Assembly: GCF_000315625.1 (NCBI RefSeq)
Contig: NW_005434580.1
Span: forward strand, 209,648-273,647
Length of the DNA: 64,000 nucleotides
Direction: 5' to 3'
Source of the DNA: Guillardia theta CCMP2712
Taxonomy: Eukaryota; Protista; Cryptophyta
The notes beneath the pieces are model-generated. The model saw only the letters and a program-made list of their open reading frames with translations, ran no database searches and had not been told where the DNA came from. The translations under genes were made by a program, and so were the position numbers. This document shows positions 1 through 10,439 of this stretch, piece by piece. The number at the start of each line of letters is the position of its first letter. Within the stretch, counting starts at the first letter, position 1.

Positions 1-3000
1 ACGGGAGGGCTACAATTAGATCATTTGATATGTAATAATATATTATATGGTGGTGCCTCCCTAAATTTGAATAATCAAACAGTCAGCACAGAACAAAGCC
101 TATCAACAAATAATAATATACGACGGAGCTTAACCATTAACAATGAACCAGCCAAGACAGACATCAAAGATTTATTTGATTCAGCAGATAGACAAGGAAT
201 ACTAAAGATATATTTTGATGAAGCACAACAAAGATATGTTTCTACAATTGAAACGTTTCAGCTAAATTTTAAGAACACAAAAGACGGGGATGTTACCATA
301 ACTCTAAATAATTATAATAGTCAAGATATAACACTAAAAGATGGAATTCAAGGCCCTCAAGGCCCGCAAGGCCCGCAAGGAAGCACCGGACCACAGGGAA
401 GCACCGGACCACAGGGAAGCACCGGACCACAGGGAAGCACCGGACCAAAGGGTGATAGGGGCACGAACGCCGGTCAAATCATATTTAAAAATTATGATGG
501 AACGGTTGAATTAGCAAAAATCGGCGATTCTAATGTTTCAAGTGCCTCAATCAATATTCCAAAAGGAACAAATGCCGGAGAGTTGAAATTTTATAATGCT
601 GATGGGACTGAATTAATAGGAAAAATTGGAGATGCCAATGTTTCGAGTGCTTCAATTAATCTGCCAGCAGTTGGCCCAAGGGGTTACGCCGGTGTGAATG
701 CTGGACAGCTTAAATTTTATAATTCAGATGGCTCGACATTATTAGGTCAAATCGGAGATTCTAATGTATCATCTCAATCAATAAATTTATATAGTGCCGG
801 TGTGAATGCTGGAGAGCTCAAATTTTATAATTCAGATGGCAGTTTATTATTAGGTAAAATCGGAGACCCTAACGTTTCAACTGCTAATATAAATATACCA
901 GCAGGAGAACAAGGCCCTCAAGGCATTCAAGGCATTCAAGGCGTTCAAGGAATTCAAGGAATTCAAGGCGCAACAGGACCAGCCGGCACAAACTGCCCCG
1001 AGATTGTTTTATTAGACAGTCAAAATCATGAGCTTGTGAGATTTGGTGATTCAAGCGTTTCAACTCAAACTGTCATACTTCCAAAGCTATATGACGATAC
1101 AGACACAAGCAATTATCTATACACAAATGAATATATACAACGTCATGAGCTAGAAGATACAAGCAATCTATTATATGAAGATATAGAGCTATATAAATTT
1201 AAACCTATTGATTATCTTGTCAATGATGGAGGAGATATCTTCTTGTTCGATGAATACACAAACAAAACTTACAATACAACAAATTCAGAACTTCAATTGA
1301 CTAATTCAAATAAGTCTGTATCTCTAATATTTGAGGATAAGCAATATGATAATGTCTTGATTACTCCTGAACTTTATAACTTTCAGTACTCGGCCGCAGG
1401 CACAAGTACACTAACACCTACAATATCATATACAGGGCCTACGCCTGAGATAGCTTGGTATAAATTTAACGATGATTTAATAAATGATATAGATTCAATA
1501 ACAACCATAACAATAACAAATGGGGCTTATTCGTTCTCATCAATTACTAATAAACAAGGTAAGAGCTTATCACTAGATAGTAAAAATATAGATGGTTTAT
1601 CTTGGACACGGTGGAACAACGGATATGCTGTATATTCTGGCACTGTTAATTCAACTGGAACAGACACAAATATATCAAATGATTTCAATGTTACAGCTGA
1701 AGAAAATTTTGCAGTTGAATATGTAGGATATTTTTATACAAATTCCTACTCGGGAACTTTCACATTTTACACATCAAGTGATGATGAAAGCTACCTATGG
1801 ATTACATCCGGAGGTACAGAGACAATGGTAGTAAATAATAGTGGAAAGCATGCGACACAAGAAAGAAGCGGCACAATTACTCTAAATTCTTATACATATT
1901 ATCCTATACGTGTTCGTTTCAGTGAGGCAACAGGCGGCAATTCAATTACCGTCAATTTTGCCGCTTCTGGATTGACAAAGACAACAAACGGAAGCGGATT
2001 TTATTATAACAGAATAAACACAAATGTTTCAATACCAGACATCATATATAATGGGTTTCTTACTTTCGCTTTTTGGTTGTATGCTAGGAGTTCTAACAAT
2101 GAAACAATAATTAATTTAAGCGATGGTATAAATAACATAAAATTATATATAATTTCTGGTGTAGTATCTATAAGCATAAATGGCGTTAATGATACAGCAA
2201 CAGGTCAATCGATTGATTTAAATACATGGACACATTATAGCTTGACAATTGGAAATTCAATAAATCTATACAAAAATGGGAATAAATACACGTCTTCACT
2301 CACTAAACCGACCAACACAACATTTAACAAAAATAAATTAGGGTTAAATTCTGATGATTCAGGTTATACATTATTAGCAAATTATCAAGATTTAAGATTT
2401 TACAATAGAGAGCTTTTAGAAATCGATGTTAATTTGATAATTGGATATTCAGGACAAAGAGCCTTAACAGTTCAGAACTTTGCTAAGCCTTACACCAACG
2501 CGCAAATCGATGATAAGATTGATAATATTGTTATCCCAGCTGGCTATAGTGATACAGATGTACAAGCATATCTAACAGCCAATGATTATGTCACATTATC
2601 AGACATACCAGCTGGATATTCTGACACTGACACACAAGCATATTTAACTACAAATAATTATTTAACAAGTGGAACACAATTTATAAGAAGCGTTACAGGC
2701 AATCAATTAGCTTTATCTTTTACACCTTTTACATCAGCAAGTCAATATATACAATCGGTTAATTCATCTTACTTTAGCGTTACAGGCAATCAATTAAGTC
2801 TAAGCTTCACACCTTTAATATCATCAAGTCAATATATACAGTCGGTCAATTCCTCATTTACTGTTACAGGCAATCAATTGAGCTTATCATTTACACCATT
2901 TACATCAGCAAATCAATTTATCCAATCTGTCAATTCTTCTTTTACTGTTACAGGTAACCAATTAGCTTTATCATTTACACCATTTACAAGCTCAGACCAA

Positions 3001-3189
3001 TTTATAAAATCTGTCAATACAAATAATTTATCGGTAAACGCTAGCGGTCAGCTGGATATAATAGCTGTTCCATCAAATTTTATAAGTTCAGTGTCAAACG
3101 ATTTCAATGTATCTTCTGGATTATTAAGCCTAGCTAATAGCTATGTCCTTCAAAGCACTTTTAATGAACTTTTTGGTAGATTGACATGA
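1..3189 (+). CDS. Virus-like fibre/attachment protein (collagen + ~35-aa repeats + LamG with inserted PA14 + beta-spiral-like repeats); 5' end lies outside the window
   Basis: Frame is open from base 1 ([11 protein letters not shown]...), with no introns. AT-rich: 18/60 GC at 1081-1140 versus 38/60 at 3481-3540. G-X-Y runs at ~343-460 and ~904-985. Five GxNAG(E/Q)LKFYNxDG...IGDxNVS repeats at ~460-1083. PA14 motifs [41 protein letters not shown] at ~1594-2010. LamG motifs [38 protein letters not shown]-terminal [20 protein letters not shown] repeats at ~2690-3170. Confidence 0.75.
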   Translation, partial: TGGLQLDHLICNNILYGGASLNLNNQTVSTEQSLSTNNNIRRSLTINNEPAKTDIKDLFDSADRQGILKIYFDEAQQRYVSTIETFQLNFKNTKDGDVTITLNNYNSQDITLKDGIQGPQGPQGPQGSTGPQGSTGPQGSTGPQGSTGPKGDRGTNAGQIIFKNYDGTVELAKIGDSNVSSASINIPKGTNAGELKFYNADGTELIGKIGDANVSSASINLPAVGPRGYAGVNAGQLKFYNSDGSTLLGQIGDSNVSSQSINLYSAGVNAGELKFYNSDGSLLLGKIGDPNVSTANINIPAGEQGPQGIQGIQGVQGIQGIQGATGPAGTNCPEIVLLDSQNHELVRFGDSSVSTQTVILPKLYDDTDTSNYLYTNEYIQRHELEDTSNLLYEDIELYKFKPIDYLVNDGGDIFLFDEYTNKTYNTTNSELQLTNSNKSVSLIFEDKQYDNVLITPELYNFQYSAAGTSTLTPTISYTGPTPEIAWYKFNDDLINDIDSITTITITNGAYSFSSITNKQGKSLSLDSKNIDGLSWTRWNNGYAVYSGTVNSTGTDTNISNDFNVTAEENFAVEYVGYFYTNSYSGTFTFYTSSDDESYLWITSGGTETMVVNNSGKHATQERSGTITLNSYTYYPIRVRFSEATGGNSITVNFAASGLTKTTNGSGFYYNRINTNVSIPDIIYNGFLTFAFWLYARSSNNETIINLSDGINNIKLYIISGVVSISINGVNDTATGQSIDLNTWTHYSLTIGNSINLYKNGNKYTSSLTKPTNTTFNKNKLGLNSDDSGYTLLANYQDLRFYNRELLEIDVNLIIGYSGQRALTVQNFAKPYTNAQIDDKIDNIVIPAGYSDTDVQAYLTANDYVTLSDIPAGYSDTDTQAYLTTNNYLTSGTQFIRSVTGNQLALSFTPFTSASQYIQSVNSSYFSVTGNQLSLSFTPLISSSQYIQSVNSSFTVTGNQLSLSFTPFTSANQFIQSVNSSFTVTGNQLALSFTPFTSSDQFIKSVNTNNLSVNASGQLDIIAVPSNFISSVSNDFNVSSGLLSLANSYVLQSTFNELFGRLT
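379..450 (+). repeat. In-frame 18-bp VNTR (GGAAGCACCGGACCACAG x4) in the collagen segment
   Basis: Four near-identical copies encoding GSTGPQ. Confidence 0.9.
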
Positions 3190-3269
3190 CAGGAATGACG
3201 GAGGTAATCAGTCATTCTCTTCATTCATTCTCAGATGCTCACGAGCTTCTTAATCCGATCATCATGACT

Positions 3270-6200
3270 TCAGAACTTGGTGCCATCCACACTCGGAACG
3301 TTCCTCTCAACTCCTCGCGTGTCCGGCCCGCTGTAAGTCAGAAGCTGGTACACCCCACCATTGCCCTGGTACCCGGTAAGCAGGACCTTGTGATCCCCAG
3401 CTGAAAGGGTGATGGAGCCGCAAACTTTCCTAGGGGGATGCTCGTAGTCGTTTTCTAAGATCGTCCTGCCGTCCACGTAGACGTAGGAGCCGTCGTCAGA
3501 GGTGGAGCAGAAGGAGTAGGAGCCCTCCTCCGTAACCCGCACCTTGCCGTACACCGCCCATGCGTAGTTGCCTTCAGGGCATGAGGGGATGATCCTGCGG
3601 AGGTCATTTAGGTCGCCGAAGTAGACGGTGGAGATGGTAGCCTTGTCAACAAATTGCAACGAGCTCATGTCGGGCACGCGAGAAAGATAGCTGGAGGCCT
3701 TGTACAGGTACATCGTCCACTTTGATGGGGGAGGGATGGCTGGGAGCGACTCTACGGGTGTGCTGACCATGCGCTGATCCAAGTTCCTTGTGTCTGGACC
3801 CGAGTAGGTGGCGACTTGGTAGGCTTCTCCGCTGCGAAGGAAGCCCTCGATGCGGATGGCAAAGCTGCCGACGGCAAGGCTGATGCTTCCGCACTTTCTC
3901 TGCACGTTGTGCGTGCCGTCATTGCTGGCGACGAGCTGGTTGTCGACGTAGAGGAAGGAGCCGTCCTCGGAGGTGGAGCAGAAGGTGTAGGAACCAGGCC
4001 CTTTGATATCCACCATCCCATAGAAGACCCACGCGAACTGCGAGGAAGGCGTGTCACCGACGATCTGCTTGAAGTCTTGTGTCCTGGTGAAGTACAGGTC
4101 TTGCACGCTGCCCTGCCCTACATAGGTGAGGTAACGCCAGTACGCGTCTGCCATGTTGTAGAGGTCTGCGCCTTTGAACACCCGCAGAGTCCACGAGGAG
4201 GCCGCTGGCTTTTGTGGAGCCCAGGCGGAGGAGCAAGTGAGGTAGCGCAAGACGTTGCCAGTGTCAGGCCCGGCGTACTGAGCGATGAGGGAGGCGTCGC
4301 CCTCGTACTTGAAGCCTGTCAGGAAGACCGTGTGCGATCCCTTGCTCAGCTCCAGCTCGCCGCACTCCTGCCGGGCCCCATGCGACCCGTCGTTGTCAAC
4401 CACCAGAACCTCCTTGACGTACAGGAGTGACCCCTCGTTGGACGTCACGCACATCCTGTATGTTCCTGCCGCCCCCACGCTGAGCTTACCATACACGGCC
4501 CACACGTAGTTGTACTCGGGCGTTGAGGGTACGATACTCTGAAATTCACTCCTGTCGTAGAAGTTGATGTACTCGCTGTTTCCTTGCCCCACAAACTGCA
4601 GCAGGCCCAATGCTGGCGTGTAGTCGAGCTTAGACACGTGGCTCTGGTAGATGCGGACGAGGAACGAGGAGGATGGCTTGTTAGGAAGGTTCGGCAAGTT
4701 GCCAGCAGAGGATCCCAGACTTTTGACGAGCAGCTCAGCTCCTCCTGTGTCAGGCCCACTGTATCTCAGCTCAGCATGCAGGCGGCCAGAGCCCACGAAG
4801 CCCTCGAGCGTCAGCTCGTGCGAGCCAGCGTCCAGCTGGGTAACAGCGCACTCGCGATGCTCCGTGTGCTCCCCGTTGTTCTCGACGAGCAGGCGGCCTG
4901 CCAGCAGGACGCGCGAGCCGTCGGAGGAGGTGGTACAGATCTGGTAGTCCCCAGCCTTCACCACCAGCAGTGAACCATAGAAGATCCAGAGGACGTTGTT
5001 TGTGGGCGTGTTGGGGATAAGGGATTGAAGCTCGCTCATGTCCTCCATGTCCACCTCTTCCAGTCCTGTCTGCTCACCTATCATCTTGACCATCGGGACA
5101 TCAGGGATTTGCTGCCAACAGCCGTCAGAAGTAGCGCCCCTCCCTCCTCCTTCCCTCTCTTTGTCCTGGAACCCCGCCCCCCCCCCATCCCCTTCCTCTC
5201 TTCGCCCTCTCTCTCTCCATCCTGTCCTCCCTGTCCTCCCTCTCACATGAAGAGCCTTGGGGGAGCTAAAGGTTCGAACTCCCCAGTCTGATTCCATCGG
5301 TTCTTTGGGCAGGTTTCCTGTCGCGTCTTCACTTCTCAAGAGCATGAAGTTCTCGCCAGTGTCATGACCCCTGCATCATCGATCAGCAGCTCGCACCAGC
5401 ACAAGGGCTGCCTCACTTCCAGAACGCATGCAGCACGAAGTTCCCTGTGCTCAAGAAGCCGCGGACCTCCACTGGCACCAGACCGTTCGAGACTTCGTAA
5501 GTACCGCACACGTGCTTTTCCTCGTGCCTCCCGTCGTTGTCCACCACCAAGTTACCGTCGATCCACAGCTGGGAGCTGACAGGCAAGTCAGCGAGGATCG
5601 TGAGGTTCGCAAGCACCTACCCGTCCGAAGAGGTTGTGCACCACTGGTACTCGCCTCCCCTCTGCACCAGGACGTTGCCGTAGAAGATGGCCATGAAGTT
5701 GGAGGAGGGAAGATGTTCGAAGTACTTGAGCTGATGTCAGCATCGCAGCAAGCATGTCAAGGATTCTAAGGACCTTGCGAAGTTCGCTGGTGCCCTGGAA
5801 GTTGATGTAGGGGATGGTAGTACTTCCAATATGGTATAGAGCCAGCAGGGAAGGCATGTATTGTAAGGTGTCGTCGGCTTCGTAGAAGCGGACAGTCCAG
5901 CTCGAGCGAGGCCTCTTGACAGCGCTGGTGATCTTAGAGAAGACAAGTCAGGCCGTTGGAGAACAGAGAGGGCGAGACGAACCAGCATCGACTTTGCGCG
6001 ATCCTTCCAGCCTTCCCAAGACAAGCAGTTGATGTCTCTAGGGCCTACGTAGGTGATCTTGTTGCCTTGGAAGTACTTGTCAGAGAACAGAGTGACCTGC
6101 AGGTGTGTTAGGCGAGAAGGTGGATGACAGCGGCGACCGAAAATTTCTCAGGGATGGAGAGGGAGGCAATTTCGTTGGGGTTCAGCTTGCACTCGTGCAA

Positions 6201-7858
6201 GCAGCACATCTCCTGATTGTCATCGCATTCCCCGTTGTCAAATCTCTCCCACTCCCCTTGACGCATGCTCTGAGACCAGGAAGGCTCTTCTTCGGGATCC
6301 AACGGATCCAAGCAGCTTCCTCTGACAACAACCTTGTCCTCCTTGTAGCTGCAGCAATGATTATCACCCTTTCCCTTGTTCTTGTCCCTCACCTCTCGAC
6401 GCATTTGTCGGGGATGTAGCATTCCTCTCGCAAGTGCCGGACAGTCTTGAAGATCGGCCTCACGTTCTTGCGCTCTCCCTGTACGAGTGTCAGCCCTGTG
6501 TCAAGCAGGTCATCGTTACCAGTTGGTCGTTATTCAGTCCCCAGCAGCACACGCCGACATCGTCTGAATGCGTACACTCCTCGCCTCCACATGACTTTGG
6601 ACAGTCGCCGATGTCCAGCTCTGATCCGGCGCCTGCAAGAACGTGAGCAGCAGAGACAACCTTGCTAGGCGATACAAGCAACGTGGGAGAGCCATATGGG
6701 TCCTTGTCCTCCTCCCTTCTTGATGGCCTTTCCTCCTTCCTCAAACCCAAGGCTACGACACACCACTTGGGCCGACAGCTGCGTGAAGCCGTACAGGCAG
6801 ACGGTTCCCCAAACCTGGGCAGGAGAGCGTCAGACGCTAGCGGGAACGAGGGGTCAACTCACTCCGTTGTAGTGCGTCTCGAGTCGACAAGAGCTGAAGT
6901 CACAGTCCACCAGCCTCGTCCATGCGTCGCCCCCCCCCGGGCAGAAGTACCGCCCGGGGGTCCAGCCGTCATCTGCCGGGGCTTCGCCAGCGAGTGAGTG
7001 CGGGCGCGAGGCAAGGACGGGTTGCTCACCAGAGCCCTGCAGCCCGTCAGCCCCAGAGGGGCCCGAGATGCCGTTCGGGCCGATCAAGCCCTCTTGTCCT
7101 CGGTCACCTTGGCCATGGTCAGGGGGAGCTGGGAGTCTTGCCGTCTTGTTACCGTCAAGACCCATCGGCCCTTGCTCTCCGGGCCCTCCCATGACCCCCG
7201 GAGGTCCCTGGATGCCCCGCGGTCCTTGCGGACCGCTTGCTCCGTCAAGTCCGTTCAGGCCAGGGTTACCATTCATTCCTGGTAGAGATTAGCTGGGGTT
7301 AGACCAGCGGTGGTACGGCCTCCTTACCTGGTAGGCCGGGTGGTCCACTAGGAAGTGAAGTCATTCAACAAGAAGAGGCCGCGCAGGGTGACTTACGGGA
7401 GCCCTTGGATCTCGTGATATTGTGCCTTGATGTCATCAGATTCCTTGGTGTTGAACTCTACAACCTCCCTCTTGACATCTGAGACCGTGGAGGCGACGTA
7501 CTCTTTCAGCCCTTTCTCCGCAGCGTCGAGATTCTCCGACATCTTCAGCGACTTTGTCAAGGCTGACTTCAACCTGACAGACGCGCCTGAGCTCATCGAA
7601 ACATTCTGCTCTTTCATTCTCTCACCTCTTCATCCTGCGTTTCGATTGACTCTCCTCTTGCATGAACGCCTTCGGAATCACAGGCGACTGGTCAGCGTCG
7701 GAGATTCCTGCGAACGTGTTCTGCATGTCCCCTGACATCCCGTTGCTGATCCCCAGCAACTCGAATGCCTTCTTCGAACCAGTCGCCGCCATGAGCACCA
7801 GCCCGGCGAGGACGAGCATCCCGATGGCTGCGACGGCTCGCTGCCGTCCAAACGCCAT
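3270..7858 (-). CDS. Multi-exon scavenger-receptor/collectin-like protein: signal anchor/peptide, coiled coil, collagen, SRCR, beta/gamma-crystallin, 5x PA14
   Basis: ATG 7858 MAFGRQRAVAAIGMLVLAGLVLMAATG (hydrophobic). Helical segment 7400-7617 and G-X-Y repeats ~7030-7350. Spliced SRCR RLETHYNG|VWGTVC..AQVVCRSLGF..GQGPIWLSHVAC|..GSELDIGDC..CTHSDDVGVCC (~6540-6920). Crystallin-like NPNEIASLSIPEKFS|VTLFSDKYFQG..GWKDRAKSM (~5983-6185). Five PA14 units with YG..GxYxxCxTSxxGSxxx(V/I)DG..NDGxH motifs (~3280-5940). Stop at 3270. Confidence 0.85.
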
Positions 7859-8289
7859 GAAAGCGATGGCCTGCTCCAAGAGGCGTCATGACCCCAATTG
7901 ACACGGTCCCACCACCCGCACCCAGAGTTTTCTCCTACTACCCACCTTAAAATCCTTAAATGAACCCCTATTTACTCACCCCCTGTACACCACCACCCCA
8001 CTGTTTTTTCACCCCCCACCCACTCTTCTCCTCTCAACCATTCGCCTAAAAAAAAAAGCCTAGACTGGGTATCAATGAATCCATTTCCAACCCCCCATTT
8101 CCCCTTGGAGTACCCCCACTTGGGAGGCCTTGTCGTCTAGAGGGGCACAAAGAGTCATATCAAGCAGTCATAAGCACCCCTGCTCCTCACCTCCCACTAT
8201 GAGATTTCAAATAGGCGTGTAAAAAGATTTGTGAGAGTTCTAGAGTACCCACCTCTCATCTAACCCTCTGGCAATGGTACAATGAGGGG

Positions 8290-8610
8290 TCACGCATGCC
8301 ATCCTCATATTCGCAGTTCCACCCCGGGCCTGGGTGACCGCAGTACGGTAGCCCGTGGTTGCCACCGCGCGGCATATTCACCGGGCCAGTGCTGGAGCCG
8401 GGAGTCCCTTGACAGTGCCAGGCTATATGAGAATGCAACATGCACGCCGAGTACGGTAGATGAGGCCGGGCTGAGGGAAAGGACGGAGGCGACAGCGGCT
8501 TCGCTTCCTGACGGACTGTTCGGGCCTTCGCTCTCCTCCTCCCCCCGGGCCCGACTTGACATCCCGGCCGATGGCCCGGCCCGTTTGACCGACCGAGACC
8601 GAAGGGTAAA
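8290..8610. promoter_or_regulatory. GC/CCGG-rich island in the divergent intergenic region (candidate bidirectional promoter)
   Basis: Dense CCGG/GGCC sequence between the minus-strand ATG at 7858 and the plus-strand ATG at 9109, flanked by GTACCC(C)/GGGGTAC words at 8110, 8245 and 8633. Confidence 0.4.
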
Positions 8611-9108
8611 GGTGTAGAGGGAGGAGGAAGGTGGGGTACAAAACGAGGGGAAATTAGGGGGTGGATGCAGGTATCTAAAAAGTTTTAAATTTCCACAAGT
8701 TTATTTTGGCATGTTGACTAATATTTCGTTATTCAATTTGAAATCTTTGGAATCTTACAAGAAAGTTTCATCCCTTTCGCCGAAATCGGGACCGCAGAAC
8801 TAGAACTAACTCCTCATGGCTGCGGGAGCTGTAGCCTGGGAGAGGGAGGAGGGAGGCAGGACAGGCAGCCAGAAGCCAGGAACGAAGGGCCGAAATGGAT
8901 GGAGGGATAGAAGTATGGAGGGAGTATGGGAATAAGGAGGAGGAAGAAGCAGAAGACAAGTTGATGCCAGAAGAGAAGAGAAGAGGGGAGAACAAGGGAA
9001 AGAAAGGATCCGTTTTTCTGGATTGATAATAAGGTCTTGCTTACTGATTGCAATCGTAGGAAGGCCTATACGTCAGTACGGATAGCAGGGTTTTGAGAAG
9101 GTCCCATC

Positions 9109-10425
9109 ATGAGATTATTTGGCAAGAAGAAAGATACGCAATCAAAGGTGAGCTTGGAATGACGTGAACGGTAAAAGCGCTGACTTCCTCCCTTCAGGGC
9201 GGTGTCTCTCCAGAGGATGCGATCAAGAGACTGAACGAGACAGCTGAGGTGATAGACACCATTGAGTAGAGGGTGATAGAACACTGATGCAAATGTTCGG
9301 GCAGATGTTGCGCAAACGACAAGCGTTCTTGCAACACCAAATCGACGGCGAAACGGAGCAGATTAAGAAGCTCTTGAAGGTGAAAGCGAGAGGATAAGGG
9401 ATGTTGAGATGTTTCTCAAGCATGGAATCATTATCAGGAGAAGAAGGATCCAAACAATCGGAAAAAGGCTCAAACTGTCTTGAAGAAGAGAAAGTTGAAA
9501 GAGGTTTATCGTTAAACCGCGTCCTGCTTCTGCGGTAAACTCCTATGCAGAAATCGGTGGATACTCTTGAACGGCAAATTATGAACCTGGAAACTCAAGT
9601 TCTAAGTAAGACATGAAAGATTTTGTCTCAGACTTGAACCATTGACTTCAACATACTTTCAGCTCTACAAGAAGCGGTCGTTGGTGTAGACGGATATAAG
9701 GCACAGAGAGTGTTTACGGACGCCATGAAGAAAATCCACGAGGGCATGTACGAACCTCAAGGAGGAGGGGCGGATCGAGTCGTGATCCTTTGCCTGACAG
9801 GAGCATTGATGATGTTGAGGAGCAAAACATGGATGTTCAGGAGCAGGTAAAGATTGCCTTGCCATGACGGTCTTGGTTGGGTTACTTTGAGGCTACCAGC
9901 TGCAAATTGCAAGCGAAATATCGGAAGCACTAGCAAATCCGGTTGGGGGACAAGAGTTTGACGAGGTTGTCGACTTGACTCAGAGAAGAGGGAAGGAGGA
10001 GATGATTCGATTTGCAGGATGAGCTCAACGCGGAGCTAGAGGAGTTGGAGCAGGAAGAGATGGACAAGGAGGTGATAGTAGCAACCTTTGCGTCCCCTGT
10101 TGCTGTGTCTTCCAGAACCCACGCATCCTTGCCATGTTTGCCCTGTTTGGTATCCAGATTCCTCACCTTGTTTTCGCAGCTCACTGAAGTCTCTGTGGGG
10201 GATCTCGAGCTGGACGAGACGGCGATGCCTGCTGCGCCGAAAGGTCTTTGCCGTTGTCTCGTTCCTTCTCTAACTCATGTGGATGTAGGAAAACCCATCC
10301 TCATGCCTGCACCTGCACAAGGTAAAGTCGTGCTCTCCGAGCCCTGTGTGCCCCTGACAAGAGCATGTGCAGCCGAAGACGAGGAGGACCGCCAGCTGCA
10401 AGAGCTCATGGAGAGCATGCAGTAG
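9109..10425 (+). CDS. SNF7: ESCRT-III subunit Snf7/Vps32/CHMP4 (multi-exon)
   Basis: Spliced peptides MRLFGKKK.., AIKRLNETAE|MLRKRQAFLQHQID, LKKRKLKE, TLERQIMNLETQ, AMKKIHEGM, IDDVEE, IASEISEALANPVG..FDE|DELNAELEELEQEEMD and C-terminal EDEEDRQLQELMESMQ*. Confidence 0.9.
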
Positions 10426-10439
10426 TCGAGGGCGAGAGC

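Larger units (their letters stand above)
1..3190. mobile_element. Right-hand remnant of an endogenous dsDNA viral element (PLV/virophage- or giant-virus-like)
   Basis: Composition switches abruptly from ~30-35% GC intronless coding DNA to ~55-60% GC intron-rich host DNA near 3190-3270, and the protein has a virion-fibre architecture. No capsid, ATPase, integrase, TIR or TSD is visible in this window, so the class is inferred. Confidence 0.6.

Noticed and set aside
5110-5345. N-terminus of the 691-aa ORF as the real start of the PA14 gene
   Set aside because: It reads through a purine-rich intron (~5125-5270) and begins mid-gene; the true gene extends upstream to 7858.
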